Below, one piece after another: positions 52,201 through 64,000 of a stretch of 64,000 bases of DNA. The translations under genes were made by a program, and so were the position numbers. Under the pieces are notes generated by a model. That model was not told the origin of the DNA, did no database searches, and was given only the letters and a program-made list of their open reading frames with translations. This DNA is from Octopus sinensis (taxonomy: Eukaryota). The stretch covers positions 1,116,001 to 1,180,000 of the forward strand of contig NC_043015.1 in NCBI RefSeq assembly GCF_006345805.1, in the 5' to 3' direction. How positions within the stretch are numbered: position 1 is the stretch's first letter; each line of letters begins with the position of its first letter.

Positions 52201-52639
52201 ACTCAAAAGGGTTCACCCTGCAATCCGTATGGGGTTTCATCTGAGCTTCATGAAATATGCAAAAATCAATTGAACAAACAGATAAAAACATGTATTACTC
52301 AGAGGAAGACATCCTTTGACCTTGAATGATAAGGTATTTCTATCGATAATTTCATCCACCTAAATGCAAATTATCTTACATATAAAGTGAGAATGGTCAT
52401 ACATGTAGGTACATGTACTTGCAGGTTTCTGTAGAAATATATTCATAAAACATACGAAGATTTCTGCATTATCATATTTTCCTTTCTACTTACCACATAG
52501 TTTTTAATATTCACTGAATAAGATCCTGCTTTCAGTTTCATTTATCTCTGTGTTACGTGCGTCGATGAATTCGCTGTAATTTCCTGTTCTTAGTCGTTTT
52601 AAATTGCCTCAAGGTTTTATGAAGCTGTCTTTAATCTCT

Positions 52640-53115
52640 TTTGACTCTTACAATTGTTTCAGTTACTTGACTGTGGCCATGCTGGAGCACCAACTTTAGT
52701 CGAGCAAATTGAAACTAGGACTTCTTTTTTGTAAGCCTAGTACTTATTCTATCGGTATCTTTTGCCGAACCACTAAGCTACGGGGACATAAACACACCAG
52801 CATCGGTTGTCGATGTTGGGGGACAAACACAGACACAAACATATACACACATACATGCATACATACACACATACATACATACATACATACTACATACATA
52901 CATACATACATACATACATACATACATGCATGCATATATATATATATATATACGACGGGCTTCTTTCCGTTTCCGTCGAGCAAATCCACGCACAAGGCTT
53001 TGGTCGGCTCGAGGCCATAGTAGAAGACACGTGCCCAAGGTGCCACGCAGTGAGACTGAACCCACAACCATGTGTTTGGTAAGCAAGCTACTTACAACAC
53101 AGCCACTCCTGAGCT
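52640..53115 (-). mobile_element. SINE family B, near full-length
   Basis: Family B layout; internal (TACA)n. Confidence 0.9.
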
Positions 53116-53306
53116 GCTTCTAATATTTTGAAAGACATTACTAATATCAAATGTTCAAGTAAACCTCAGCTATTTAGATTCAATTGCTAAAAATGAAAAC
53201 AAAGTCACCTTGAAATCATGTTAACCGACTCGATAAGCCGAGGGTTTAGGACTCGGTGTGAAAAAAACTCTACTTATCACCGAAAGTAAAGCTATATAAA
53301 TAATGC

Positions 53307-53532
53307 GGCGAGCTCGTAGAAACGTTAGCACGCCGGGCGAAATTCGTAGCCGTATTTTGTCTGTCGTTACGTTCCGAGTTCAAATTCAGCCGAGGTCGAC
53401 TTTGCCTTTCATCCTTTCGGGGTCGATAAATTAAGTACCATTACACACTGGGGTCGATGTAGTCGACTTAATCCCTTTGTCTGTCCTTGTTTGTCCACTC
53501 TGTGTTTAGCCCCTTGTGGGTAGTAAAAAATA
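53307..53532 (+). mobile_element. SINE family A, full length (tail type 1) with 14-bp TSD
   Basis: TSD tatataaataatgc at 53293-53306 / 53533-53546. Confidence 0.93.
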
Positions 53533-54289
53533 TATATAAATAATGCACTTTACTACGAGAGGTTGCTGAAAAGTTCCTAAGAAAATACTGGAGGATAAAG
53601 TAATTATGATTTTATTCGACATATTCCCTTCTCAGATTCAGATTATTTGGAGCAGTCCTTCAGTTTTCTTAAGCCCTGTAAATGATCTCAGATGTTCGGC
53701 CCTACAACAAGGCCTTGTGCCTTACTCTTAATGCCAGGAACTTGTCGTTACAACTCCGTATATCTCTTAATCCACTACATTATACACAAAATATACATTA
53801 TATACATCATATAAACTATATAAAATATACAGATGGCAACTTAGCAAGGCGGAGATAATGCAACTGTCGTGTAAAATAACAATCCTCTCACATTACAGTG
53901 TGCTAACACTGATTAATAATTATATTAGCAGTACACACTATATACGGAGCATTCAGCCACAGATTTGCAGCATTAATGAGAAAGATATTCAGCACAATTC
54001 ATAGATGAGCTGAAAATTCCTAGTCGAAAACGACGGAGATCCTATTACTTCACGTAATTAGATAACTCTTTCTTAAAGCAATACATTTGAAGGGCAAGTT
54101 TATAAACGATCGATATAATCGAACTTATCACACGTTTAGTAATGTTTTTAATGATCCAGACAGATGAAAGGCAATTAAGAATGATATTTATGATGATGAT
54201 AATTACAAGACTCATTACTGCCTACAACGGTAATAAGTACAATCAATATTGTGATACAATACTAAAGGAGAGAAGAAGAAAAACACTGT

Positions 54290-54312
54290 ATATATGTATA
54301 TATGTATATATG

Positions 54313-54368
<56 letters not shown>

Positions 54369-54665
54369 TGTATATATATATATATATATATACATATATG
54401 TATATATATTATATATATATTATATATATATATATAAATATAATATATATATATATATACATAATATATATATATATTATATATATATATATTTACACAC
54501 ATTTATATATATGTATGTATGTATGTATATATATATATATATATGTATACTAATATATGTATATATGTGTGTAAGAGTGTATGCATATGTGCGTATACAT
54601 ATACACACATACAACATACACACACACATATATATATATACTTATATAAATATTCATCTATATAT
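54290..54665. repeat. (TA)n microsatellite field
   Basis: Direct reading. Confidence 0.95.
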
Positions 54666-55774
54666 AAGGTGATAACTGCTTTACGCTTAGTTTAGCGAAT
54701 TAACATGAGTGTATTTATGCTTGTATATATACACACATATGCCTCTGTTCGTGTGTGTGTCTATGAAAGCACGCTCTTATGTGTGTGTGTGTGTGTGCGT
54801 GCGTTTGTATTTGTGTCTGTATTACTTCTACAAACATGGTTATATGTTTACAGTATGCCGTTTACATAGATATGAACGTATATATTAGATAGATACACAT
54901 ACATATATTTAAGACATATATATGTATGTATGTGTATGCATGTCGGTGTTATGCTTGTTTGACTGTGTATTTTCACTCATACATACACACATACATACAT
55001 ATATACATGCATAAATACATATATACATACATACATGAATACATACACACATATGTATGTGAATGGATGCGACTGTCTTTCTCTCACTGTATATACACAC
55101 ACCCTGGCATACACATACAGTCATGCAAACATACATACATATGTATATACAGTAAATGTATTTAAAAAGAAAAACATTTCTAAAAACTATCGAGATTTTT
55201 CCAGAGTGAAATGACCCGTCACTCTTCAATTAATCCCATTTATGTTTGTAATTCTGTTCTGAAGCTGAAATATCACTTGTTCATTCTTGTGAAATAATTG
55301 TACTATTTTCAGACTTTCACATCCATGAAGCATGAATTAGACGAAGTTTGAATTGTTCATATTCAGAACATAACTATAAAATTGAGATTCAATCTGTATA
55401 TCATAGCACAACATGTCTTAGCAAAAGTGAATAGGAGATGATATACACAACGTGCAAAATATATGTATACGACGATAGCAGTCACGTTGTTAACGTAAGC
55501 AATTTTGCATGAGTGAAGAAGTTAATTTTGTTTAAGCATAGAGGTGATGGTTTATCTGATTCAATCATATTGCGCCTTAAAGCGACAAGCGTTTAAAAAA
55601 TCTTTCGGACCTCTCATACATTTGCAAATGTGTGAAGAAACTAGTGCATGGGAGATATTTTGACCTTGGTTGTAAATTCAGTGCTGTGTTCGGTACGCAA
55701 TCACACGCACATATGTGTGTGTGAGTGTGTATGTAACGTGTGTGTGTGTGTGAGTGTGTATGTAACGTGTGTGT

Positions 55775-55990
55775 ATGTGTGGCTGTTGGATAAGTAGATT
55801 GCTTACTAAACTCATGGTCGCGCGTTGTCCCACTGCTTGACACCTTGGGCAAGTGTCTTCTACTATAGCTTCGGGGCGACCAAAGACTTGTGAGTGGTTT
55901 TGATAGATGGAAGCTGGAAAAACCCTGACATATATGTATATGTTTGCCTCAATGTTTGGCCCCCAAAATTCCTTGTCAACAGCACGTTGT
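55775..55990 (+). mobile_element. Decayed SINE B 5' half
   Basis: gtggctgttggataagtag...caccttgggcaagtgtcttctactatagc...ttgtgagtgg. Confidence 0.8.
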
Positions 55991-55994
55991 ATAT

Positions 55995-56144
<150 letters not shown>

Positions 56145-56151
56145 GGTGTGT

Positions 56152-56434
56152 GGAGCGCAATGGCATAGTGGTAGGGGCAGCGACTCGCGGTCGCAGGATC
56201 GTGGTTTCGATTCCCAGACCGGGCGTTGTGAGTGTTTATTGAGCGAAAACATCTAAAGGCTCCACGGGTGGTGATCCCTGCTGTACTCTTTCACCACTCT
56301 TTCTCCCACTCTTTCTTCTGTTGGCCTGCTCGCTTAGCCAGCGGGGTGGCGTCATTCGAAGGCCAAAACAATGCGAACGCACTGTGACCAGCGATGTGTA
56401 ACAACATCTGATGGTCTGAAAGAAAGGAAGAAAG
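56152..56434 (+). mobile_element. SINE family C head with alternative body/tail (C2)
   Basis: Same head as 36749 up to tttcaccac, then cttagccagcggggtggcgtcattcgaagg...tgtgaccagcgatgtgtaacaacatctgatggtctg and an (aaag)n tail. Confidence 0.8.
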
Positions 56435-56444
<10 letters not shown>

Positions 56445-56466
<22 letters not shown>

Positions 56467-56668
56467 CTGTGTCGGTGTCTGTTCGTGTGGCTGCTTTTGT
56501 GCCCCCACCATTGCTTGACAACCGATATTGGTGTATTTACGTCCCCTTAGTTTAGCGGTTTGTCAAAAGAGGCCGATATAATAAGTTCTAGACTAAAAAA
56601 GATTAAGTCCTCGGCCTCGACTAAGGGCGGTGCTCCAGCATGGCTGCAATCAATCGGCTGAAAAAAAA
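56445..56668 (+). mobile_element. SINE B 3' half
   Basis: gcttgacaaccgat..tggtgt.tttacgtcccc...ggcggtgctccagcatggc. Confidence 0.8.
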
Positions 56669-56888
56669 TACAGAATATAAGTATAAAATTATATGTAAAT
56701 TTGTATATATCATCGATAAGAACAGCTTGATATATTTCAACAGTGCCTGGACATGGTCGCTGTCCAATATTTGAAAGTCGTGAAGTAAAAGTTCAACGTT
56801 CGTGTCCCTCCTTATGGATAGTCTGGTGTTGAGATTCAATTTTTGGAGATTCTTTTCAGTTGTCTTATATATTACTAATGATTCTGTC

Positions 56889-56932
56889 CCATCATCATCA
56901 TCATCGTCGTCATCGTCGTCATAATCATCATC

Positions 56933-56983
<51 letters not shown>

Positions 56984-57040
56984 CAATAACATCGTTATTA
57001 TTATTAATTATTATTAATATTATTAGTATTAGTATCATCA

Positions 57041-57081
<41 letters not shown>

Positions 57082-57110
57082 TAATTATCATTATTATTAT
57101 TATTATTATT
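56889..57110. repeat. (CAT)n/(ATT)n trinucleotide tract
   Basis: Direct reading. Confidence 0.95.
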
Positions 57111-58101
57111 CAGTAGTTTTTTTTTTTATAGCGTGCTTTCACTTCACTCCGAGCGCAGCTCTGTGTGCCTTGGGTATGTGCTGTGATTTTTGTGATGCTC
57201 TGATGGTTATGTATGGAAAGTGTCTGCGTAGGATGTGTGCAGTGCCTAGTAGTGCAATTTTCTGTATGTTATATGTGTTTGTAAGTCCTGGTGTTTTTGT
57301 TATGTATTTGTCTGAATATTTTTTTTATCATGCCTAATGCGCCTACTATGATAGGAATTGTTTCTGTTTTCAGGTTCCACATTCTAGTTACCTCTATTTC
57401 CAGGTCTTTGTATTTTGAGAGTTTCTCCATTTCTTTTAGAGACACGTTGTCATCTGCCGGTATTGATACATCAATTAGAAAGCATTTTTTTTCTTATGAT
57501 CTCTGACAACTATATCTGGTCTGTTGGCCTTAATTTTCTATCTGTGTGTATCGGCATATCCCAGAGTATGATTGCTTTCTCGTTTTTGTGACCTTTTCTG
57601 GTGTGTGCCTATACCATCTCTTTTCTGTTGTTATTCCATAATGTTGGCATAGCTTCCAATTTATGTAGGTTCAACTCGTCATGTCTGTGAATATATTCCT
57701 TCTTAGCCAGGACTGGGCAGCTAGAGATAATATGATTTATGTTTCTTGTCCATCTCCACATTCTGCAGGTACTTGTAATATTTCTTTTCATTACATGTTT
57801 TTGGTAACTTCTGGTGGGGAGGCTTTGGTCTTGTGCTGCAATTAAAAATCCCTCTGTTTCTGCTTTGAGTCTGAGCTTCTCAACATTGCTGGGATTTTTC
57901 TTTGTCTATTCTTTTGCGTTTAGTTTAGTCAGTATTTACCATGAAGGGGCTTTTCTTGCCATTGTTTATCATGGCTCGTGCTGTTCTATTTTTTTAGTTT
58001 GGATTTCATTTGTTTTTTTATAGCTTTTGTTGTTTTTCATCATCTTCTTCTCTTCTTTGTGTTATTAGGTGGTATGATTTCTTGTTTGTATTTGTCAGTT
58101 C
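57111..58101 (-). mobile_element. R4/Dong-type RLE LINE, ~1-kb 3' fragment (copy 1)
   Basis: Aligns along its length with 58198-59190; many 1-nt indels; (ATT)n on both sides. Confidence 0.9.
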
Positions 58102-58197
58102 ATTATTATTATTATTATTATTATTTATTATTATTATTATTATTATTATGCTTATTATTATTTATTATTATATTATATTATTATTATTATTATTATT

Positions 58198-61100
58198 CAG
58201 TAGTTTTATTTTTATTCTTATAGCGTGCTTTCACTTCACTACCGAGCGCAGCTCTGTGTGCCTTGGGTATGTGCTGTGATTTGTTGTGATGCTCTGATGG
58301 TTATTGTATGGAAAGTGTTCTGCGTAGGATGTGTGCAGTGCCTAGTAGTGTGCAATTTTCTGTATGTTATATGGTTTGTAAGTCCTGGTGTTTTTGTTAT
58401 GTATTGTCTGATATTTTTTTATCATGCCTAATGCACCTACTATGATAGGAATTGTTTCTGTTTTCAGATTCCACATTCTAGTTACCTCTATTTCCAGGTC
58501 TTTGTATTGAGAGTTTCTCCATTTCTTTTAGAGACACGTTGTCATCTGCCGGTATTGATACATCAATTAGAAAGCATTTTTTTTCTTCATGTCTCTGACA
58601 ACTATATCTGGTCTGTTGGCCTTAATTTCTCTATCTGTGTGTATCGGCATATCCCAGAGTATGGTTGCTTTCTCGTTTTCTGTGACCTTTTCTGGTGTGT
58701 GCCTATACCATCTCTTTTCTGTTGTTATTCCATAATGTTGGCATAGCTTCCAATGTATGTAAGTTCCAACTCTGTCGTGTCTGTGAATATATTCCTTCTT
58801 AGCCAGGACTGGGCAGCTAGAGATAATATGATTTATTGTTTCTTGTCCATCTCCACATATTCTGCAGTTACTTGTAATATTTCTTTTCATTACATGTTTT
58901 TGGTAACTTCTGGTGGGGAGGCTTTGGTCTTGTGCTGCAATTAAAAATCCCTCTGTTTCTGCTTTGAGTCCTGAGCTTCTCAACCATTGCTGGGATTTTT
59001 CTTTGTCTATTTCTTTTGCGTTTAGTTTAGTCCAGTATTTACCATGAAGGGGCTTTTCTTGCCATCGTTTTATCATGGTTCGTTGCTGTTCTATTTTTAG
59101 TTTGGATTTCATTTTTTATAGCTTTTGTTGTTTCTTCATCTTCTTCTTCTCTCTTCAGGTTTATTAGGTGGTATGATTTCTTGTTTGTATTTGTCAGCTT
59201 CCTTAAATACTGAGAACAGTTTTTTGTTTTGCTCGTGTTTTGCCGCTATCTGGATCAGTTTTCCTTCCTTCTGAAGTAGATATTTTTGCAGTCCTATGGT
59301 GGTTATTTTATAGTAGTTTTCCAGCTGTATAAGGCCTCTACCACCTTCTATACGTTGTATATATAGTCTTTCTATGTCAGATTTTGGGTGATGCATCCTA
59401 GATCCTGTCATTATTTTTCTTGTTTTCCTGTCTATTTTGGTCAGTTCATTTCGTGTCCAGTTAAGGATATTGTAGCTGTAACTTATAACTGGGACAGCTA
59501 AAGTGTTGATACATATTATCTTGTTTTTAGCATTGAGCTCTGTGTTTAGTATTGATCTAACTCGTCTATAATATTCTTTTTTTTATTTTCTCTTTCATTT
59601 GTGTGTGTTGTGTCTTATCTAGTTCATGGATTCCTAAGTTTGTAAGTTTGGCTTTGGTCTAATTCTTTTATTTCATTTGCTTCATCTAGTGTGATGTTGT
59701 TACTCTTAACTAGTTTTCCTCTTTTCATGGTTACTTTGGCGCATTTTTCTAATCCAAATTTCATATCTATTTCTTTGGTAAATCCATGAACTGTCTTTAA
59801 TAGTGTTTCCAGCTGTTTGTCATTTGCAGTGTATAGTTTTAGGTCATCCATATTAAAAGGTGGCTGATCGTTTTGCCGTAACATTTATATCCGCATCCAG
59901 TTCTATTTAGCATATCAGATAGAGGTGACAGTGCCAAGCAGAAAAGGAGTGGAGAGAGCGTATCTCCCTGGAATATTCCTCTTCTAATGGGGATGTCTTT
60001 GGTTTTCATGAGTCCCTCTTTTGTTTGGAGGTGTAGGACTGTTGCCATTATTCATAGAGTGCTCTATGAATTTTATGATGTGTTGTGCTACTTTGTTAAT
60101 GGCTAGTGTTTCGAGGATCCATGTGGGGGGATGCTATCAAACGCCTTTTTGTAGTCAATCCAGGCCATACTGAGGCCTTTCTTCTTTCTGTGGCTGTCTT
60201 CAGTTATGGCTTTATTAATCATTAGTTGATCTTTACAGCCATATGAGCCTTTGCGGCATCCTTTCTGCTCTTCTGGGAACAGTTGTTTTCGTCCAGGTGC
60301 TTGTTCAGCCTTTGTATATCACTGCAGTAAATGCCTTGAACATAGTAGGGAGGCAGGTTATTGGTCTGTAGTTTTCTGGTTTTTCTGTTTCATTTGATTT
60401 GGGAATTAAGATGGTTTTCCCCTTCGTGAGCCATTCAGGTATTGTCTCTGGCTCTGCTAGTACGTTGTTAAAGTTTTCAGCCAGCTTTTTGGTGCATTCC
60501 TGTTAGATATTTCAACCAGAAGTTGGGGATCTTGTCATGCCCAGGTGCCTTCCAGTTGCTTAGTCTTTGCAGTGCCTGGGTGACCTCTTCAGTTGTTATG
60601 GGGGTCCAAGTTTGTTCAGATGCCGAGTTTGTTATTTTGATACTCCTTTTTTTGGTGGTTCGTTCGCCGACCATATTTCTCCCAGAATTCTTCCAATTCT
60701 TCTGCCGTTGGTGCTGCAGTGACTTCTATTTTATTTTTGCCCAGTTCTTGGTAGAACTTTTTGGGGTCGGAGTTGAACTTTTTGTTCTGTTCAAAGAAGC
60801 GTTGGCGTTTCTCGTACCGGCGGATCCTTTGAGCTTTGGCAAGGATATCTTGCTTCAGCTTTTCTTTTATCTCCGGCAAATCTTTTTCTGTGGTGTTATA
60901 TTTGCGGAGCATTTTTGTTCTCTTTTTGTTGCTCAGTAGCGTTGCTTGTTTGCTGATTTCATTAAGAATCGACAGGTCTTTTCTAATTTTTTTAATTTTG
61001 TTTTGGATGTTATTTATCCACAGGGTTTGTTTGGGTGGTGGTACTCCTGTTTGGGCGGGTTTGGGTGAGTATCCAGCTTCTTTTGTGGCTGCAGTGGCTG

Positions 61101-61494
61101 CTGCGTATATCAAGTCATTTAGTTCAGTGATATCACTTTTTTTGTTTCAGTGGCTAGTTCAGTGACGGCTAGGTTTATGTTGTTTATAATTGGTGTTGTT
61201 ATTGCGTTTATTTTTATTCTTGGGAGGTATGGTCGGTGGTCCATTTTGAGCTCTGTGGTTTTTAGTTCTTTGATTATTTTATTTTTATATTATCATAATC
61301 ATTAGGCTCCCCTTCGTTGTTTACATCGTGTTTGTTGGGAATGTTGCGTTTGTCTTCGTGTTTTACAGTTTCAGTTGTTTATATTTTGGGCATTGTTGTG
61401 TGGCTTCTATCTACATTTTCCTGGTGTATGTTTTCTTTTAGGTGTTCTATTTCTATTTCTGATATTTTTTTTGTGTTGAGAATGTATCTTCGTA
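58198..61494 (-). mobile_element. R4/Dong-type non-LTR retrotransposon with restriction-like endonuclease, 5'-truncated, frameshifted (copy 2)
   Basis: Minus-strand frames give NWKAPGHDKI, RGIFQGDTLSPLLF, (Y)MDDLKLY, KFGLEKC, GGRGL, the CCHC knuckle CRICGDGQETINHIISSC and the RLE motif RPDIVVRD...IDVS. Stop at 58301-58303; flanked by (TAA)n, the known target of Dong. Confidence 0.92.
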
Positions 61495-61549
61495 ATTATT
61501 ATTATTATTATCATTATTATTATTATCATCATCATCATCATCATCATCA

Positions 61550-61607
<58 letters not shown>

Positions 61608-61680
61608 CATCATCATCATCATCATCATGATCATCATCATGATCATCATCATCATTATTCTTATCATTATTATTATCATA
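61495..61680. repeat. (ATT)n/(CAT)n trinucleotide tract
   Basis: Direct reading. Confidence 0.95.
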
Positions 61681-62533
61681 AATATCTAAGATACTGGATT
61701 GGAGAAATGTAAGAAAATAAGATGAAATTCCAAACTGTAATTCCCCAAACTCCTTAAGTTCTGATTTCAAATCCCGGGGAGAGAATTGGGAAAGTCGTAC
61801 TTTGAAGGTCAATATATTAATGTACCATCGAAGTCCTATATTTTATCGATGATGTCGACTTCGATGCTTCATTCAAAATTACTGGCTTTGTGTCTTAACT
61901 GAAAACCATTATCATAACAAAGATGATCCGTTTGCTGAATCGCTACAACATCGAATAAAATGCCTAGCGGTACATTTTAGCATTTTACATCCTAAGTTTA
62001 AATATTGTCTGATTCATCTTTGCAATTCATATCTCAAGGATCAGCAAATAATGTTCCAAACATGTATATGTGTTGTATCGTTAATTTAACCCTCACCCAT
62101 TTGTCTGACATGATCGACATTGCACTGGACTCACATAAAACATACAGAGGTATATAATATTTAGTTGGTTGAAATGATATTCAGATTTTAGTTGTGGTCA
62201 ATTATTAATTTCCGCTTTCGTTACTATGAGCATATTTTATAAACGAAAGTGTCATTCAAAATTTAGGTTGATTTAGTTTACATAATCCCATGCTATAATT
62301 TGAGTAATCTATTGCCGAAATCATAAATTATGAAGATCTACTTCATAACCACAATTTATTATGCTGTTATTATCAGTTGAAATGCTTTTTCAAAGCAGAA
62401 TATGATGAGAACAAATATAAAGCATTACAATCATATTGTTTTAGGATTCAATCTGGTTGCCAATCTTACTTTTCATTCTTTAAGGAAATGCTTGCTATAA
62501 TAGAGCAAAATACAATAGCATAACCCAAATATA

Positions 62534-62676
62534 TATTTCTTTATTACCCACCACGGATTAAACATAGAGGGGACAAACAAGGACAGACAAAGGGATTATG
62601 CCGATGACTTCAGTGCGAAACTGGTACTTTATTTATCGACCTCGAAAGGATGAAAGGCAAAGTCGACCTCGGCGGA
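62534..62676 (-). mobile_element. 5'-truncated SINE A (tail type 1) with 22-bp TSD
   Basis: acaatagcata(a/g)cccaaatata at 62512-62533 / 62677-62698. Confidence 0.9.
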
Positions 62677-63121
62677 ACAATAGCATAGCCCAAATATAAT
62701 AGAGTCATTAAGAACACAATTCAAACGAATGCTTCAGAAGGGTGGAAAAATTTATTCGCATTTACTTTTGGTTTAGCAAAACAAAGAAAACAACGTAGAC
62801 ATATTTAAAAGAACTTTAGACTGCAATTCTTTCGTAAACTTTATTGGTACCGTAATAATTTAATACAATCCATTAGTTTATTATATTTCATGAGAAAGTT
62901 TACGTTCATATTAAACTGCTGAAATGCCACCTCAGGTGAAAATCATTTACATTAGTTATAAGTCTGCAATCGCAGATTTTGAAAAAATCACAACCTTTTA
63001 TACAAAAGAGTTTAGTTAAGAAAATGTGGCAGAATAGACACGTTTGATGTCTGTTATCAAAGAATAATGTCGAGTATTTGGTTTGCAAGATTCTTTATGT
63101 GTATTCGTGTGTTGATGCTTA

Positions 63122-63361
63122 TTCTGTTGCGTCCGGGGAGAGTCATTCTCTTTTAGTGCCTTATAATTTAACACGCTCACGGGTAAAATTTACACTAATT
63201 TTTTTTATTTTCCTGAAACTTTCGTTGCGTCTTGCAGTAAAGTTTGCAAGACGCAACGGAACTTTTAGGAAAAGAAAAATAAGAAATTAGAGGACATTTT
63301 ATCGGTTAGTGTGTTAAATTATAAGGCACAAAAAGAAAATCTCTCCCCAGACGCAACAGAA
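63122..63361. mobile_element. Fully palindromic MITE, probable Tc1/mariner type (TA flanks)
   Basis: Left ttctgttgcgtccggggagag...gtgccttataatttaacac pairs with right gtgttaaattataaggcac...ctctccccagacgcaacagaa. Inner hairpin cgttgcgtcttgca/tgcaagacgcaacg. TA at 63120-63121 and 63362-63363. Confidence 0.85.
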
Positions 63362-64000
63362 TATATATGTAAGCAATTTTATCTTTGTATGTATACAATA
63401 GTTCTTCAATACGATAGCATTTAAACAATTAAAATAAACAAGAGAATGCAAAATGAACAAAAGCACTACAACCTCGTAACAATATAATCCGGTCGACTAT
63501 TGCCCACCACCAATACAAGATACAATGAAATATGAAAATCGTGCAAAACGTTTTATTGCGTAGATAAACATAAAGCAAAACGCAGAGACACATATCGAAG
63601 ACCTATACATGTCCATTGTCATGTGTTAGTACACAGCAAATATGCGTGCGAAAAGATGTATACAGGTGTATGCCTGATCGCACGAACAATGGAACAGCAT
63701 AATATGTGCGTGAGTGTTTGTGTGTGTGTATGTGTGGGGGTCTGTTGAATGAGAGGAAGAGAGAGAATCTTTTATATGCATTTGTCTGTGTATATACAGA
63801 GACACGACAGGAATATACGCCCGTATAATCATCAAAGTTTATTTAAATCTGAAATTATTCATTCAAATTATTTAATAATTATTATAACGTGAAATTTTGA
63901 TATCTAGGAGACATAACTCTCGTATTTTTCAATGCGAGGAGCCTATTAAGGTTGTGAATGATCACATGTCGAATATACTCTTGAGGAATTTCCTACCAAG

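Overview
AT-rich, microsatellite-dense eukaryotic non-coding DNA with one 100-N scaffold gap (37388-37487). The SINE families and repeat load suggest an octopus/cephalopod genome (inference). I cannot support any host protein-coding gene: almost all six-frame ORFs are read-throughs of (TA)n/(CA)n/(TATC)n/(ATT)n. Recognisable coding sequence is all transposon-derived: a decayed maT/DD37D-like Tc1/mariner transposase (~5.3-6.0 kb), a 5'-truncated Tx1/L1-clade LINE inside a (TATC)n tract (12.3-14.4 kb), and two tandem R4/Dong-type RLE LINE copies inside (TAA)n (57.1-61.5 kb). Three abundant tRNA-derived SINE families (called A, B, C here) show swapped 3' tails, dimers and TSDs. There are also MITE-like hairpins and a tRNA-His remnant. 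The most notable signal is a set of short non-coding repeats of several families carrying minimal hammerhead-ribozyme-like folds (CUGANGA-stem II-GAAAC-NUH). Several are arranged as head-to-head palindromes, and one has a tRNA/Pol III head. This looks like a Penelope-like-element (PLE)-mobilised population of non-autonomous, possibly self-cleaving elements, including a candidate PLE-dependent SINE. All folds were derived by eye and several deviate from the canonical core.
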